Assembly (NCBI GenBank): GCA_025603075.1 | Contig: MU626447.1 | Location: 1-37,153, forward strand | From: Neoconidiobolus thromboides FSU 785 | Taxonomy: Eukaryota > Fungi > Entomophthoromycota | DNA length: 37,153 nt | Direction of reading: 5' to 3' | Shown here: positions 1 to 12,391 of the stretch, piece by piece | Layout: each line of letters opens with the position of its first letter | How positions within the stretch are numbered: position 1 is the first letter of the stretch | Position numbers and translations under genes: made by a program | Notes under the pieces: model-generated | What the model saw: only the letters and a program-made list of their open reading frames with translations | What the model was told of the DNA's origin: nothing | Database searches by the model: none

Positions 1-328
1 TTACATTAGTATTGTCTATTATATTTGTCTTATATAGCTTGTAACCTATTACATGCTATTCTTCATAATCCAAGTCTATCTTAGTCACATAAACTAAGAC
101 CTTTTGACTTATAGTGTAGTCAACCCAGCAATAGCTGTTCTTGACTCCAAACCCTGAGTACCAGATTTCACACTGCTTATATAAATTAGTCTAAAAAAGT
201 CTTAATTTAGCTTAAATATTATTATTGATATAATAATATAATATAACATATTCATATTAATAATGAGATTTAGTTATAAAATTGCTAATTTTTAGAAATT
301 TAAATCTTATTTTTACAGTTTTGGATAT

Positions 329-426
329 GGGGATGTATTTTTGTATTTAAGAATTTTACTGACAATTTTTCCACATAAATAGTGCTTAAAAAATGGAAAA
401 ATAATGAAACTAAAAAAAACAGCCCC
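329..426 (+). mobile_element. MITE-like element copy 1 (98 bp), ATAT target-site duplication
   Basis: Starts GGGGATGTATTTTT and ends AAAAAAAACAGCCCC (imperfect ~14-bp TIR). Flanked by ATAT at 325-328 and 427-430. Shares its internal sequence with six other copies in the window. Confidence 0.85.
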
Positions 427-481
427 ATATGGTTTTCAAATTCAGATTATCAATTTTAGTATATATTTTTATTTAATATAT

Positions 482-579
482 GGGGATGTATTTTTATGTT
501 TAAGGATTTTACTAACAAATTTTCCGCTTAAATAGCGCTTAAAAATGGAAAAAATTGTGAAGTCAAAAAAAACATTCCC
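482..579 (+). mobile_element. MITE-like element copy 2 (98 bp)
   Basis: GGGGATGTATTTTT...AAAAAAAACATTCCC. ATAT at 478-481 and 580-583; the right ATAT is shared with copy 3. Confidence 0.85.
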
Positions 580-583
580 ATAT

Positions 584-681
584 GGGGATGTATTTATGTA
601 TTTAAGAATTTCCCTAATAATCTTTCCACTCAAGTAGTGCTCAAAAAATGGAAAAAGTGATGAAACTAAAAAAGCATCCTC
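584..681 (+). mobile_element. MITE-like element copy 3 (98 bp), abutting copy 2
   Basis: GGGGATGTATTT...AAAAAAGCATCCTC. ATAT at 580-583 and 682-685. Confidence 0.85.
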
Positions 682-776
682 ATATATTATTATTCAAATA
701 AAATATCTACTTTTAAAAGTCAAAACAAAAAATACGTAGAATAAATAAAATATTTTACTGTATATGTAGGTGATTT

Positions 777-850
777 GCTTCGGTAGTGTAGTTGGTTATC
801 ACGTCACCCTTACAAGGTGAAGGTCTCCAGTTCGAACCTGGGCTGAAGCA
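777..850 (+). tRNA. tRNA-Val (anticodon UAC), intronless
   Basis: Cloverleaf: acceptor GCTTCGG/CTGAAGC, D-arm GTGT-AGTTGGTTA-TCAC, anticodon arm TCACC-CTTACAA-GGTGA, T-arm TCCAG-TTCGAAC-CTGGG, discriminator A. A T5 run follows within ~12 bp (Pol III terminator). Confidence 0.95.
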
Positions 851-914
851 GTTATTATTTTTGACTAATTTTATGTATTTACCATTATTTTTTTTAAAGC
901 CAATAAATTTCATA

Positions 915-2237
915 TTAAAATAAAAACATTTGCTTTTTATTTTTAAACTTATTCTCACCATTATCAAACAATCCCTTTAAACTTCCAAGTTTCAATCTAT
1001 TGACATGGATGTTCTCAAATTGATTTGAAAATAATGGGTCCTTTCCCATAATTTCCAATAATTTGTTATACATATTCACCCTTTCTAACAAACTATTTTC
1101 TTTATACCATTTAGTCATCCAAAAACCAGTTAAATTAATTTGATGAAATATTAAATAACTAGAGGATAATAAAATAGGTTGTTTGGACATAGCTCCATAG
1201 GTTATAACGCTGCTTTTTTCTCCCATTTGTTTGAGCATATCATTGACCAATTTTCCTCCAACACAATTAAAGCCGAGTTTGATGTTATGCTCTTTAAACT
1301 TGGATTTCTTAAATTCGGAGTAAGTTAAGACAATGTCTGCCCCTAAAGTATGCAATTCTTGTTTTAAGGCTTCTGTTTCAGATTCGTTTTCCCTGATTGA
1401 AATATTAGTAAATTCATCATAATAATTTGCAATCAATTGTTACCTTTCCCTAATTAAATTAATGCTCTTAATTTTCCAATGCTTACATAATATAATAATT
1501 GCTTTGCCCACTTCAGAATTAGCGCCGTTTTGGAGGATATAATGACCTTCACTTAAATTTTGATAATCTTTTAATAATCGATAAGCTGTGGAGGGGTTGA
1601 CACTGATCGATGCTAATTGTTGGATGGTTACATTGGTAAATTTCGAAGGTAATTTTAATACTTTATTGCCATCAGTAATTACATGGGAGCGCCAAGTACC
1701 TATATACAGAATAATTAGAATTAAGATTAATATTAAGATTGATAGTTTCGAGTTTATTCTTCATTCTTCATTTTTTAATAGAGAGAATAAAATACTTACC
1801 AAATCCAGAACTTAGAGGCATAACTTTGTCCCCAATCTTTAAATCTTTAACATTCGAACCTACTTTCGTCACTTCGGCTACCCCTTCATTACCTGGGATG
1901 GAACCTAAATTTTCCACTTGTTTTGCAAGTATTGGATAAACACCTTCGATTTGATTGACATCACTTGGATTGATATTACTAGCGAGAAATTTTATTTCAA
2001 TCTCATCTGATTTTGGCGAGGTTAAGGAGTATTCTTTTAAGCTTTAAAAATAGGAGTTAGAGTTAAAAGTTTATGTTGATTATAAAGTGAGTAGATTATT
2101 TACTGCAATACTTCATTGATATTACCAGTTTCATTGAAGATGATGGCTCTTCCTGTGGTGTAAAAGTAAGTGCTTAGTATTGAAGAGTTGGTAAATGCTT
2201 TTGAAATTGTGATTGTAGTTTGTAAAAATTTTAACAT
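915..2237 (-). CDS. ETR1: Mitochondrial trans-2-enoyl-thioester (enoyl-ACP/CoA) reductase, MDR superfamily; 4 exons
   Basis: Spliced translation: MLKFLQTTITISKAF (presequence-like)...IKFLASNINPSDVNQIEGVYP...PGNEGVAEVTKVGSNVKDLKIGDKVMP...GTWRSH...SVNPSTAYRLL...ILQNGANSEVGKAII...GFNCVGGK...ITYGAMSKQP...INLTGFWMTKW. These are diagnostic ETR1/MECR motifs. Three GT-AG introns. Confidence 0.92.
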
Positions 2238-2400
2238 TGTTATAGAAATTAATAAGTGAATTTGTTATTGATTTTTAATTTTTGATGCTTACTTCATCCG
2301 AATTTTGACCAATAATAAACTCAATATAATATTTAAGTTTATTGGCTAATAACTAAGAATACTATTTTATTCAAAATAAGCTAAAATACAATCTCTTTCA

Positions 2401-2436
2401 ATATAAATATAAATATAAATATAAATATAAATATAA
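2401..2436 (+). repeat. (ATATAA)6 microsatellite directly abutting the ECD start codon
   Basis: Six exact ATATAA units, followed by ATG at 2437. Confidence 0.9.
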
Positions 2437-4578
2437 ATGGAAGAAGAAGGAGTAAATGTTATTAATGAAGATTGTATATTTTATAAAATATTCCTAAAAA
2501 AAGAAACTGAAATTCAAAGTATTAAAGAATCCTTCTTTAAATTAATCAATCAAATTCGATTCTTTAATAAAGTTCATTATATTTGGCATCAACAAGGGAT
2601 TGAATTTAATTTGTTAGAATTAGAAGGTAAGAGAATGTTACAATATTTGAAATAATAAATTTAATAAATTCAATAGATTATAACGTATTGTCTGGAAAAA
2701 CGACCTTTTCGGATAATATAATAGACGAATGGCTGATTACATGGGCTTTTTATGAGCTATCGAAGGAATATAAAGATATTTTTATAAGGTAGTAAAAATT
2801 CTATTTCATTTCATAAATAACTGAATAAGGATGATTAGCTTAACAGATAATGAAGGCCAATTTTTATTAATTGAAACGGCAGACTATTTGGAAAATTGGA
2901 TGTTACCAGAAATTATGGATAATAGAGTAAATTTAATAACATTCAATTTTAATAATAGTAAAATATTAACGACCCATTAAGGTGTATTTAAAGAATGGAA
3001 AAATGAATATAATTAATAGAAATAAAGGAGAAAAGATACTTGAAAAAGAAGGTATTTCTATGATAATGAAAGAAGAGTTTGTTGCCAATGAATTGATTCA
3101 ATTAGCTTTTAAACAAAGAATTAAAGAGTAAATTGAATAATTCAATGAAATACTAAAGATAGCTAATTGATTGTTTTTATTACTAGTTTCCCAAAATTAG
3201 CTCAACAACAAGAACATTTGGCTTATGCCTATTTACCATTAGCCATAGCAAAATTATTAACGATTGAACCACAGTTGATCTCCAAATGTCTAAATCAATA
3301 TTATTTAAGAGATCCTATTTTATTTAAAGTAAGTTCTATTATCTAATAGAGCCTAATAATGATATTGTTGCTGATATACTTTAATTTGATTAGAAATGTA
3401 ATGAGCTAAAATACTTTCAATTAAAAGATAAAGTATTGTATAAAGTCCCAATGACCAGGACGTTGTATGCTCAAACATTATTTCAAAAAGTACCTAATCC
3501 ATTACCAAAATCCTTCTTGAGTTGGGAGTTAGAAAATAAGAATGATAATGACAAAAAATGGTTTGAGTTAGGATTTAAAATAGTAAGTTTATATATATAA
3601 TATTATCATTATAATAATATAATGTAATTATTAGATTTGTGGCTTTGAAATGTTAAGTTATGATTTTCAATATCCAATAGAAAAAGATAGCAAATGGAAT
3701 TTGATCCTTAATGAATTAATTATTAGTAATTACTTTCAAGGGGAGCAAGAAGGAAGTGAAAAATATTTAATATTATTAAATCAAGCTAAAAATTATTATT
3801 CTTTATTAAATAATAATAGCAATAACAATAATAAATTAGATCTAAATCAATTTCAATTAGACAATATTAGTTTATTAAATATTAACTTAAAAGAATCGGA
3901 TATAGATTGGTTGAATATATCTAATGAAGAATTGGAAAAAATGTTATCGAATTATCAAAACCAATCAGTAGTTTTTATTATACTATTTATTTGATATTTA
4001 ATTAATAGTAAAACTTATAGGATAATAAAAACAATGACGATTTATTAAACAATACTTCCGATGAAGAAGAAGATACAAAAGATACCATGAATAAAGTAGA
4101 TGAGTTAATATCTAATTTAAATTTATTTTTAAATAGTGAATCGGGTATTAAAGGTATAGAGCGTCATGAGTAAGCTATATCAAATAACATTAATAATAAA
4201 TTAAAAATAACAAATTGTTATTCAGAGATTTAGATAATAATAATAATGAAGAGGATTCCGATGACGAAATTGAAATCGATTCCAATCTCTTTTTTAAATC
4301 TGTTAATGAATTGTTAGGTGAATTACACAATTCCGTTTTATTTTAACTTATATATTTAACCTTTACATATACTAGACAATGCGACAGAAACGAAGGATAT
4401 TGACAGCACTAACACCAACGACAATGAAGAAGAAGTAGACATAGTTAAACAAGAATTAAATGACACTAAAGTATTCGAAAATGAAAATGAAATAGACTTA
4501 GATTTGGGCATTGTTAATAGTTTATTAAAAGCTTATCAATTAGATCCCAATTCCAATCCAGTTAATGGGTTATTATAA
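2437..4578 (+). CDS. ECD: Ecdysoneless/hSGT1 (ECD) family protein; ~10 exons
   Basis: Spliced segments: YIWHQQGIEFNL, IDEWLITWAFYELSK, DNEGQFLLIETADYLENWMLPEIMDNRVYLKNGKMNII, YLRDPILFKKC, VPMTRTLYAQ, ELGFKIICGFEML, an acidic tract, and C-terminal IDLDLGIVNSLLKAY...NPVNGLL*. These match ECD motifs as I recall them. All introns GT-AG. Confidence 0.85.
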
Positions 4579-4865
4579 AAAAATTATTTATATAATAGAA
4601 ATAAAATATCTAATTTATAAAATTGAATATTTAATAGATTTTTTTATTAGTTAAATTCGATTCATAAATTAGTATAAAATAAATATTACTTGAGCATTTA
4701 GTAATTAAATTCTTATTTAAAATAAATTTCAACCATAGAAATCAAAATTTTCTTTATTGATTACTTTAAAATCCCCTTTACTATTCATTAATGTCCAATA
4801 TTACTATCTAAAATATAAGATCAAACTCTATAATTATATAATTTTGCCTAATTAACTATATAAAG

Positions 4866-4871
4866 GCGGCT

Positions 4872-4915
<44 letters not shown>

Positions 4916-4938
4916 GCGTTCAATCCGCGGTGGGCGCA
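4866..4938 (+). tRNA. tRNA-Phe (anticodon GAA), intronless, with a G4:G69 acceptor-stem mismatch
   Basis: GCGGCTA-TA-GCTCAGTTGGGAGAGC-G-TCAGA-CTGAAGA-TCTGA-AGGTC-CCGCG-TTCAATC-CGCGG-TGGGCGC-A. D and anticodon arms are near-identical to canonical fungal tRNA-Phe. Confidence 0.92.
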
Positions 4939-5147
4939 TACGAACAAACGTTCATATCTGATTTTGAATCAATCTTTTTTATTCTTTTTAAATTCTTACT
5001 AATAATTTATCAAACAATATCTTAATTTATCATTTTTTTATTCTAAAATTAATATCAAAATTTTAAATTGTGATAAACAAAATTACTTTGATAAAAATAA
5101 CCAAAAATTCATCAATTTTTATTCTTAATTTTAATAACTTCCTATTT

Positions 5148-5560
5148 CTAATATTTAGCACACCTTTTACACTTTCCCTCCTCTATACACTTTACGTGAC
5201 TCAAATGGCCACATGGAAATACTATTACTTTTTCCCTATCCTCATTCCCATCCTCTTGCTCTCCTCTCCTTTCCACAGTAACTTTGAACCCACATTTAAC
5301 ACATCTTGGAGCAAAAGCTCTCAAACCTTTAACTCGATTTTTAAATTCTAATTTCAATACTTTAAAACAATCTTTAGCTACAATTTGTTTGGTTATTTGT
5401 AACATCTTTTTTTCATTTGAACAAGTATTAATTACAGATATCAATAAATCTTGAAATTCATTTAAAATAGCATTAGAAGTAGAATTTGATAAAGTCTCAT
5501 TTTTTGGTATTGATTCCAATAATTTAGTTAATAATTTAGGTACTGATAATTTAGTATTGA

Positions 5561-5591
<31 letters not shown>

Positions 5592-8500
5592 TCCCATTGA
5601 TGGATTAATGATTATAGTAAATAGATCTTGTATTAATTGTTGAATTATCAATTTGCATTCTTCTTTCATTTGTTTTTCAAATTCCGTTATCTCTTGAGTT
5701 TCATATATCTTTTGATTAGCCATTAATAAACATGAAATTAATTGATAATTTAACTCTAAACTTAATTCCATATTATTATCATTGAGTAAATTCACTTGAG
5801 ATCGATCACATAATCCCATACCAATAGCTGTCATTGTTTGAATTTTCATTAACTCAGATTCTGTTTTGTTTTTGATTTCGAATTTGGATTGTTTTTCTAC
5901 TTTTAGAGTATCTTGTTTCTCTCTATTACTTTTCAATAAGATTTCAATTGATTCAAATGATAGCTTTATAACTTTTAATATTTCTTCCATTGCTTCCATT
6001 AACTTTCCTTGAAGTTCCAATAAATAAACAATTCCATTTATAATCTTATATTTCTTTACAATTTCCATCATCTCATTAATAATTTTTTCATTACAATTGA
6101 ATTTCAAATAATTAATTACTTGATTACTATTAAATTGACATAATAAATTTAAATAATTTAATTTCAATTCATTATTAAATTCATATTCTTCATTAACCAA
6201 TTCCTTTAAATAATTATATTGTAACTCAGGTTCTTTATCTAGTAAAGGAATGACTTCGAATTCATTATCTTTGTACCAAAGTTGAATAATATTTTTAGTT
6301 TGTTTAGGATCAATTTTAGTTAATTGAATAAAATTTAATTCAATTTGATATTTAAATTCCTTCCATTTTTCGTCTTTTAATAGTGCATATGCTTTAATTA
6401 AAATTTCAAATATATCTTTGAACAATTCTTTATCTAATAAACAAACTAAAAACATATTCTTATAATCTTCTTCTTTTTCATAAACCCATTTTAATACCTT
6501 AAAAAAGCTAGCATTCAATAATATCTCTTTATCTCTTGGTTGATATATTTTAATCAAATTTAACATAACTTGTTGTCTTTCAATAAATGTAATATTAAAA
6601 TCTCTATCATTGATATTAGTTAATTCCATAAATATTTTATCCAAAATATTGAATTCTAATTTGATCTTTTGATTTACCGCTAATTTAATAAAAAATTCCA
6701 TCAATTTATATCGATTTTTTCCTATTAATTGAATCTTTTCATTTTCCCATAAACATTGTAAAAAGGGGTTTGTTAATTCTTGAAATAAATTCACATTGAA
6801 TTTCAATTCTAAATTATTAACACTTTGTTCTAAATTATTTAATATGTCTAATAATCCTTTACTATCTAACCAACATAAAAATTTAAAATATGGATACTCG
6901 ACACTCTCCTCTTCCTTACATAGTCCGTCTACTTTTGGTAATTTTATCTCTTTATCATCACCCCAACACATTTTATTTTGACTTAGAATCCATTTAGATA
7001 TTTGTTGAACTGCCAATTCATGAGATTGAGGGGACAAAGGTAACAAGGTGGGAAAGGATTTACCTTTAGTAATTATAATTAAATAATCTAATAATTTATT
7101 AAATTGTAATTGATTTTGATTTAATTGAATATTATTATTTAATTCTTCATTCATTATAATTTCTAAATTAAACTTATTACTATTATTTGAATTGTTTTGT
7201 TGTTGTTGTACTTCTAATTGAACTAGTAATTCTTTGATTGGTGTAATAAAATCTAACATAGCTGTAGAATATAAAAATAATAAACCATCTAATAATTGAT
7301 ATTGTTTACAAATCTTGGTGCATAAATCTAAATCTAATTTTAATGGATTTAAATGAAATAATATAGATTCTATTCGACTTATGTAATTCTTTTCTTTAGA
7401 ATAACAAATCAACCATTCTTTAATAAAATCCATTGGTAATTCTTCCAGAAAATCTATAATTATTGGGGTTGGAAACATAACATAAGGTTCAATAGCTAAA
7501 TATAAATATAAATTTAAGTTCATTAATTTGAGCTTTTCATAAATATTAATGAATAATAAATCTAATTCTCCTAATTCAAAACATGCTTGTACTACTGCTT
7601 TACAAAAGGCATCGACTTCTAACAAGTAATCTTTTCCTTCTTGTCTATTGCTTCCCCATTTTAATGTAAGGTGATTTAATGAAGCTAATAATAATGCTGA
7701 TATTTTATTTTTCATGATTTTTTTCCTTAAATTGATATTCTCAGATAACATTGAAAAGTAATAAATGGAACCTTCTTTTAAATAATGAGATGCTAATAAA
7801 ATAGCTTCAATAGCTTCTCCTTTATTAATTAAATTCATTACATGATCTGACCAACTTAATGGTAATCCAATTGTAAAATTCAAATTTCCTAACAAAAATA
7901 ATTTATTTTTATAACTTGTTAACCCATATTTATAATCTGGAATTATTTCATAATAATGTTGATCATTGTTATTATTATTGTTATTTGAATTAGTTAAATT
8001 AAATTCCTTCTTAGGATAATTTAATATTGGCTGATATTGACTTAATGAACCAATTGTTGTTGAATTATTTTTATTTTGAATATCTAATAAATGTAAGATT
8101 TCTCTTTGATCTAGTATTAATAAATTTCGATGATTAATCCAATTTAAACTTAATATAGAATAGTCACAATGAATTTCATTTAATTTGATGATGTCGATTA
8201 AATTATTATTATTATTCTCATTATTTAAACTAACTTTTAATATTATTAATACATTATTAAAACTAACAGCTAACAATGGATCATGTAATATTCCATCTAC
8301 TTTACTACTTGAATAAAATTTAATCATCGCATTTAATTGATTATTATTATTCTCTAATTCCATATCCGTTAAATTATATTTAAATTTCAAACTGTTTATT
8401 ATTTCTTTCTTAGTAATTGTATAAATGATTTCCGTTTTAGGTTTTAATCTCATAACAATCACTTCTTTATAACTCAAAATGGCCACTAAATTCATATCTT

Positions 8501-9903
8501 CCATACTTTTATTCAATCCAGTATATGATAATGTTTGCATATCTACTAATACGTCCTCAATACTTTTACTTTTACTTTTATTAATATAAATTAACTTTGA
8601 TTTACTACTCATGCCCATAATACCAGTTGATATATGATGATAAAATACATTGCCCATTTCATCTGCTGATAGAAACCTTTTAGATTTTCCTAGAAATTGA
8701 ACATTTCTAATTTGATTTCCTTTAATATGTCCTAATTTCTTAATACTCAATAAACTTTTTTTCTTTTCCAATATTGGTAATATTGTTGTTATGATTTGTC
8801 CTTTAATTAAATCCCAAATCGCTATTAATCCTTGACTATAACCTACTAATAGCCAATCACCATCTTTGGAAATATCTAAACTGGTAATACTACCATGTTC
8901 TAAAGCTAATAAAGTAAATTAATAAAATATATTAAATTAAATTCTTTTTTTAAAATATTAATTAATTTCTTACCAACTGCTGTATTCCCCAAAACAAATT
9001 TTAATTTTTGATGGAAATCAAACACAACTAATAAACCTTTCGAAGTAGCAAATACAATCCATTTGTTGACATAAAATAATAATGGTCTACCTAAACTTTC
9101 AATTGTCTGTTCATTAAATAATTGTTTAGTAATATGTGTTAATTGAATCCATTGAATCATACTATCTTCTTCATTATCTAACATTAATTCTTTATTTAAT
9201 TCCAATAAACTTTGAATTATTAAATTTTCATTTTCATTCATTGAATAGTTTGTCATATCATCTCGAGTATAAGTCATCGTTGTCATTGTGGGCGATAAAG
9301 GACTTAAGATCTATTATTAAAATAATATTAAAAAAATTCAAAATAATTAGGATGATTTAACTCACCCCTTTAATTGATTGAGAATAGTTCGAATCTAAAT
9401 CCTCTTGATATTCTATATCAATATCAAATGCTTCTTCAGCATTTAATATAGTATCTAAAATTAAATCTTTACCTAAATAATAATAATAAACTCAATTTGT
9501 TAAATAACTTGAAATCAAAATTACCTCCTTTAACAAACTCTTGGTACAAACTAACTTCCATTTCAATCCTTTCCAGTAATTCCCATCCTTTTTGTCTTGT
9601 CACTTCATCAAATCCAAATTTCCCACTTTCATCTAATTTTAATCTCAAACTCCTCATTATCAATTCTAATTCCTTGATATGCTCTAATAATACGCTATCG
9701 GTTACATCTGCAAGAAACTCTTCTTTTATGCACCAATAATCAAATTTTTTTTTATATTGTAATAATAATTGAGAAGTTAATCGTTGATTAGATTCACTTT
9801 GTTGAGTGAAAAAGTGTAAATTCTTAGAAGAAGAAGGTTTAAGCCCATTAGAACGTGGATGGGGAGAGATAGAAGTGGCATTGGTATATATATTGTCAAG
9901 CAT
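5148..9903 (-). CDS. VPS8: Vacuolar protein sorting 8 (CORVET subunit); 4 exons (9903-9525, 9472-9366, 9310-8974, ~8905-5148)
   Basis: WD40-like N-terminal region (IVFATSKGLLVVFDFHQKLKFVLG, GSITSLDISKDGDWLLVGYSQGLIAIWDL, FLSADEMGNVFYH), Vps8 core (YLAIEPYV...IESILFHLNPLKLDLDLCTKICKQYQLLDGLLFLY...DFITPIKEL), alpha-solenoid, and C-terminal RING (CVKC...FPCGHLSHVKC...CKRC). Confidence 0.9.
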
Positions 9904-10737
9904 CAAATTTATGTTTTGCTTTTTAGATAAAATAAAATAAAATAAAATAAAAAATAATGTTGATCTAATTTTCAATAATTTTGTAATTTATTTTATTACT
10001 TACGTTTTTATTCTTTTTGGAAAGGTTTGTAAAAAATTTTAACTAAGTTTTGAGTCTGAATTTTCTTATTGATTTTATAATATGAGAAGTTTTCAACTTC
10101 ATTTTAATAATCTTATCAATTTGAAAATTGAAATAGAAATAATTAAAAAATAAAAGTTTAGAATATCAAACTAATAAAATCTATTAGTATTAAAAATCAA
10201 CTAACCTTCACCTTATTGACCCACCCTTCTTTTCAATTCAGTTAAATTAAATTCCCTTTCAAGGATTCATTTCAACCTAACTTCATAGCAAATTTTAATT
10301 TCCATTTTTAAAAAAAAGAAATTAGAATTCGAACCAATAATAACTTACAAGGTAATAGTCCAGCCTCACCATTTTCAGCAAAAGGATTGCAAAAGAACTG
10401 TTTTAGAGGAGACTAATTGCATAAATTGAAAATGAGCATTCAATGATGATGCTTTTTAGAAAGTAACTTATTAACTTAAGTTCCAAGGTTGAATTTTTAA
10501 TTAAGAGTATTGACACCAATTTTTAAAAAAAGTAGAAAATTCGTATTTTTATAATATAGGTACACTTTAATTATTTAATATTTTTTATTTCTTAACACTT
10601 TTAACATTGTAAAAACTTTTACTGAAAAAAAGTTCACTTTCTATTTTCTATTATCTTTTTTGCCTTCAACATTAATTAACTCCTAATTCTCAACACCTTT
10701 TTAGTAACTAAAAAAGAATTTGAAAGAATAAAATACA

Positions 10738-12044
10738 ATGTTTGAGTTATCTTCAGAATATAGTAATCTTGATGGTTGGATTGAGCAATTAACTGAGTGT
10801 AAACCGTTAGCTGAATCAGATGTTAAAAAATTATGTGAAATTGTAAATCTATTTTTTTCTATATTTTCTATTTTAAAATAATAACGACCAGCATCTTATT
10901 TACTTATCTTTTGATCTTAATTAATAGAACCTATTGACTAATCCCCTTCTTTTTTCGATTTTTTTAGGCGCGTGAAATATTAAGCCTTGAATCCAATGTG
11001 CAACCAGTTAAATGTCCCGTCACTGTGTGCGGTGATATCCATGGACAATTCCATGATTTAGCTGAGTTATTTAAAATTGGAGGTAATGCACCAGATACAA
11101 ATTACTTATTTATGGGGGATTATGTCGATCGTGGTTATCATAGTGTTGAAACAGTCACTTTATTGATGGCTTATAAATGCAGATATAAAGAAAGAATTAC
11201 TATATTAAGAGGGAATCATGAATCCAGACAAATTACTCAAGTTTATGGGTTTTATGATGAATGTTTGAGAAAATATGGTAACGCTAATGTATGGAAAATG
11301 TTTACTGATTTATTCGACTATTTACCTTTAACTGCTTTAATTGAAAATCAAGTAAGTTGTGTTAAATAATTTAATATTTAATTTAATTTAATATTATAAT
11401 TAGGTATTTTGTTTACATGGTGGATTATCACCAGTTATTGATAATTTAGATCAAATCCGATCTTTAGATCGTATTCAAGAAGTACCTCATGAAGGACCTA
11501 TGTGTGATTTATTATGGTCAGATCCAGAGGATCGTACTGGATGGGGTATTTCTCCCCGTGGTGCTGGTTATACTTTTGGTCAAGATATTTCAGAAGCGTT
11601 TAATCATACCAATGGTTTAACTTTAATTGCTAGAGCTCATCAATTGGTTATGGAAGTAAGTTAAGTTATTTTAGTTATAAAAAGAAGAAAGAAGAATATT
11701 ATTATGAAAATCAACTAAAGTTAGGACAAAATTTATTAATGTTTATTTATTTATTTATTTATTAGGGTTATAATTGGTCCCAAGAAGGTAATGTAGTGAC
11801 TATATTTTCAGCACCTAATTATTGTTATCGTTGCGGCAATCAAGCTGCAATTATGGAATTAGATGAAAATTTAAAACATTCTTTGTAAGTTTATTTTTAT
11901 TTTTTAAAACTTTTTCGAACTATATTATAAATTCCATGGTTATTAATTGTATACTTTAAATATTTAATTAGCCTCCAATATGACCCTGCTCCTCGTAAAG
12001 GCGAACCTCAAGTTACTCGTCGTACTCCCGATTATTTCTTATAA
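10738..12044 (+). CDS. PPH21: Serine/threonine protein phosphatase 2A catalytic subunit; 5 exons (10738-10842, 10968-11351, 11404-11655, 11766-11884, 11972-12044)
   Basis: PPP motifs GDIHGQ, GDYVDRG, RGNHE, HGGLSP and [11 protein letters not shown], plus the PP2A-specific C-terminus RRTPDYFL*. Confidence 0.97.
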
Positions 12045-12391
12045 TTGAAAGAGGAGTTCTATATGATTTTATTTTTTTTCTTGTAAGAAAGAAGTGGTGA
12101 TATTGTGGCCGATAAATTTTTTATTATCCAATTTTCAATGAAACTTACTTTATTGATTTTTTTATAGTTTTTATAATTTTTTTTTGAAATTGGAAATAAG
12201 ATGATTATTTCAAATTGAAGATTAATGATTTTATATTATTAAATAAATGAGTAAATAATATTATTAGAGAAATAGAAATTTATTATTAATTTTTATACAA
12301 GTTAATAAAACGAAATTCAAATCTAATATTAAAAAGCAATCAAAATTTTTTATTGTTTTCTGTTCTTCTCCTCGTCCTTCATTCATTATTA

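Noticed and set aside
1-190. Slightly GC-richer stretch with coding-like fragments (e.g. SCS*LQTLSTRFHTAY, vaguely like a lipase C-terminus)
   Set aside because: Too short and interrupted to assign; upstream context is outside the window.
326-429. Tc1/mariner (TA-TSD, Stowaway-like) classification of the MITE
   Set aside because: Copy 7 is flanked by AAAT on both sides, which fits a 4-bp duplication rather than TA.
329-681. CRISPR-like reading of the three repeats
   Set aside because: Units are ~98 bp with TIRs and TSDs, have no regular spacers, are dispersed elsewhere, and the DNA is eukaryotic.
755-967. 70-aa minus-strand ORF
   Set aside because: Antisense to tRNA-Val (GSNWRP is the reversed T-arm) and overlapping the ETR1 3' end; spurious.
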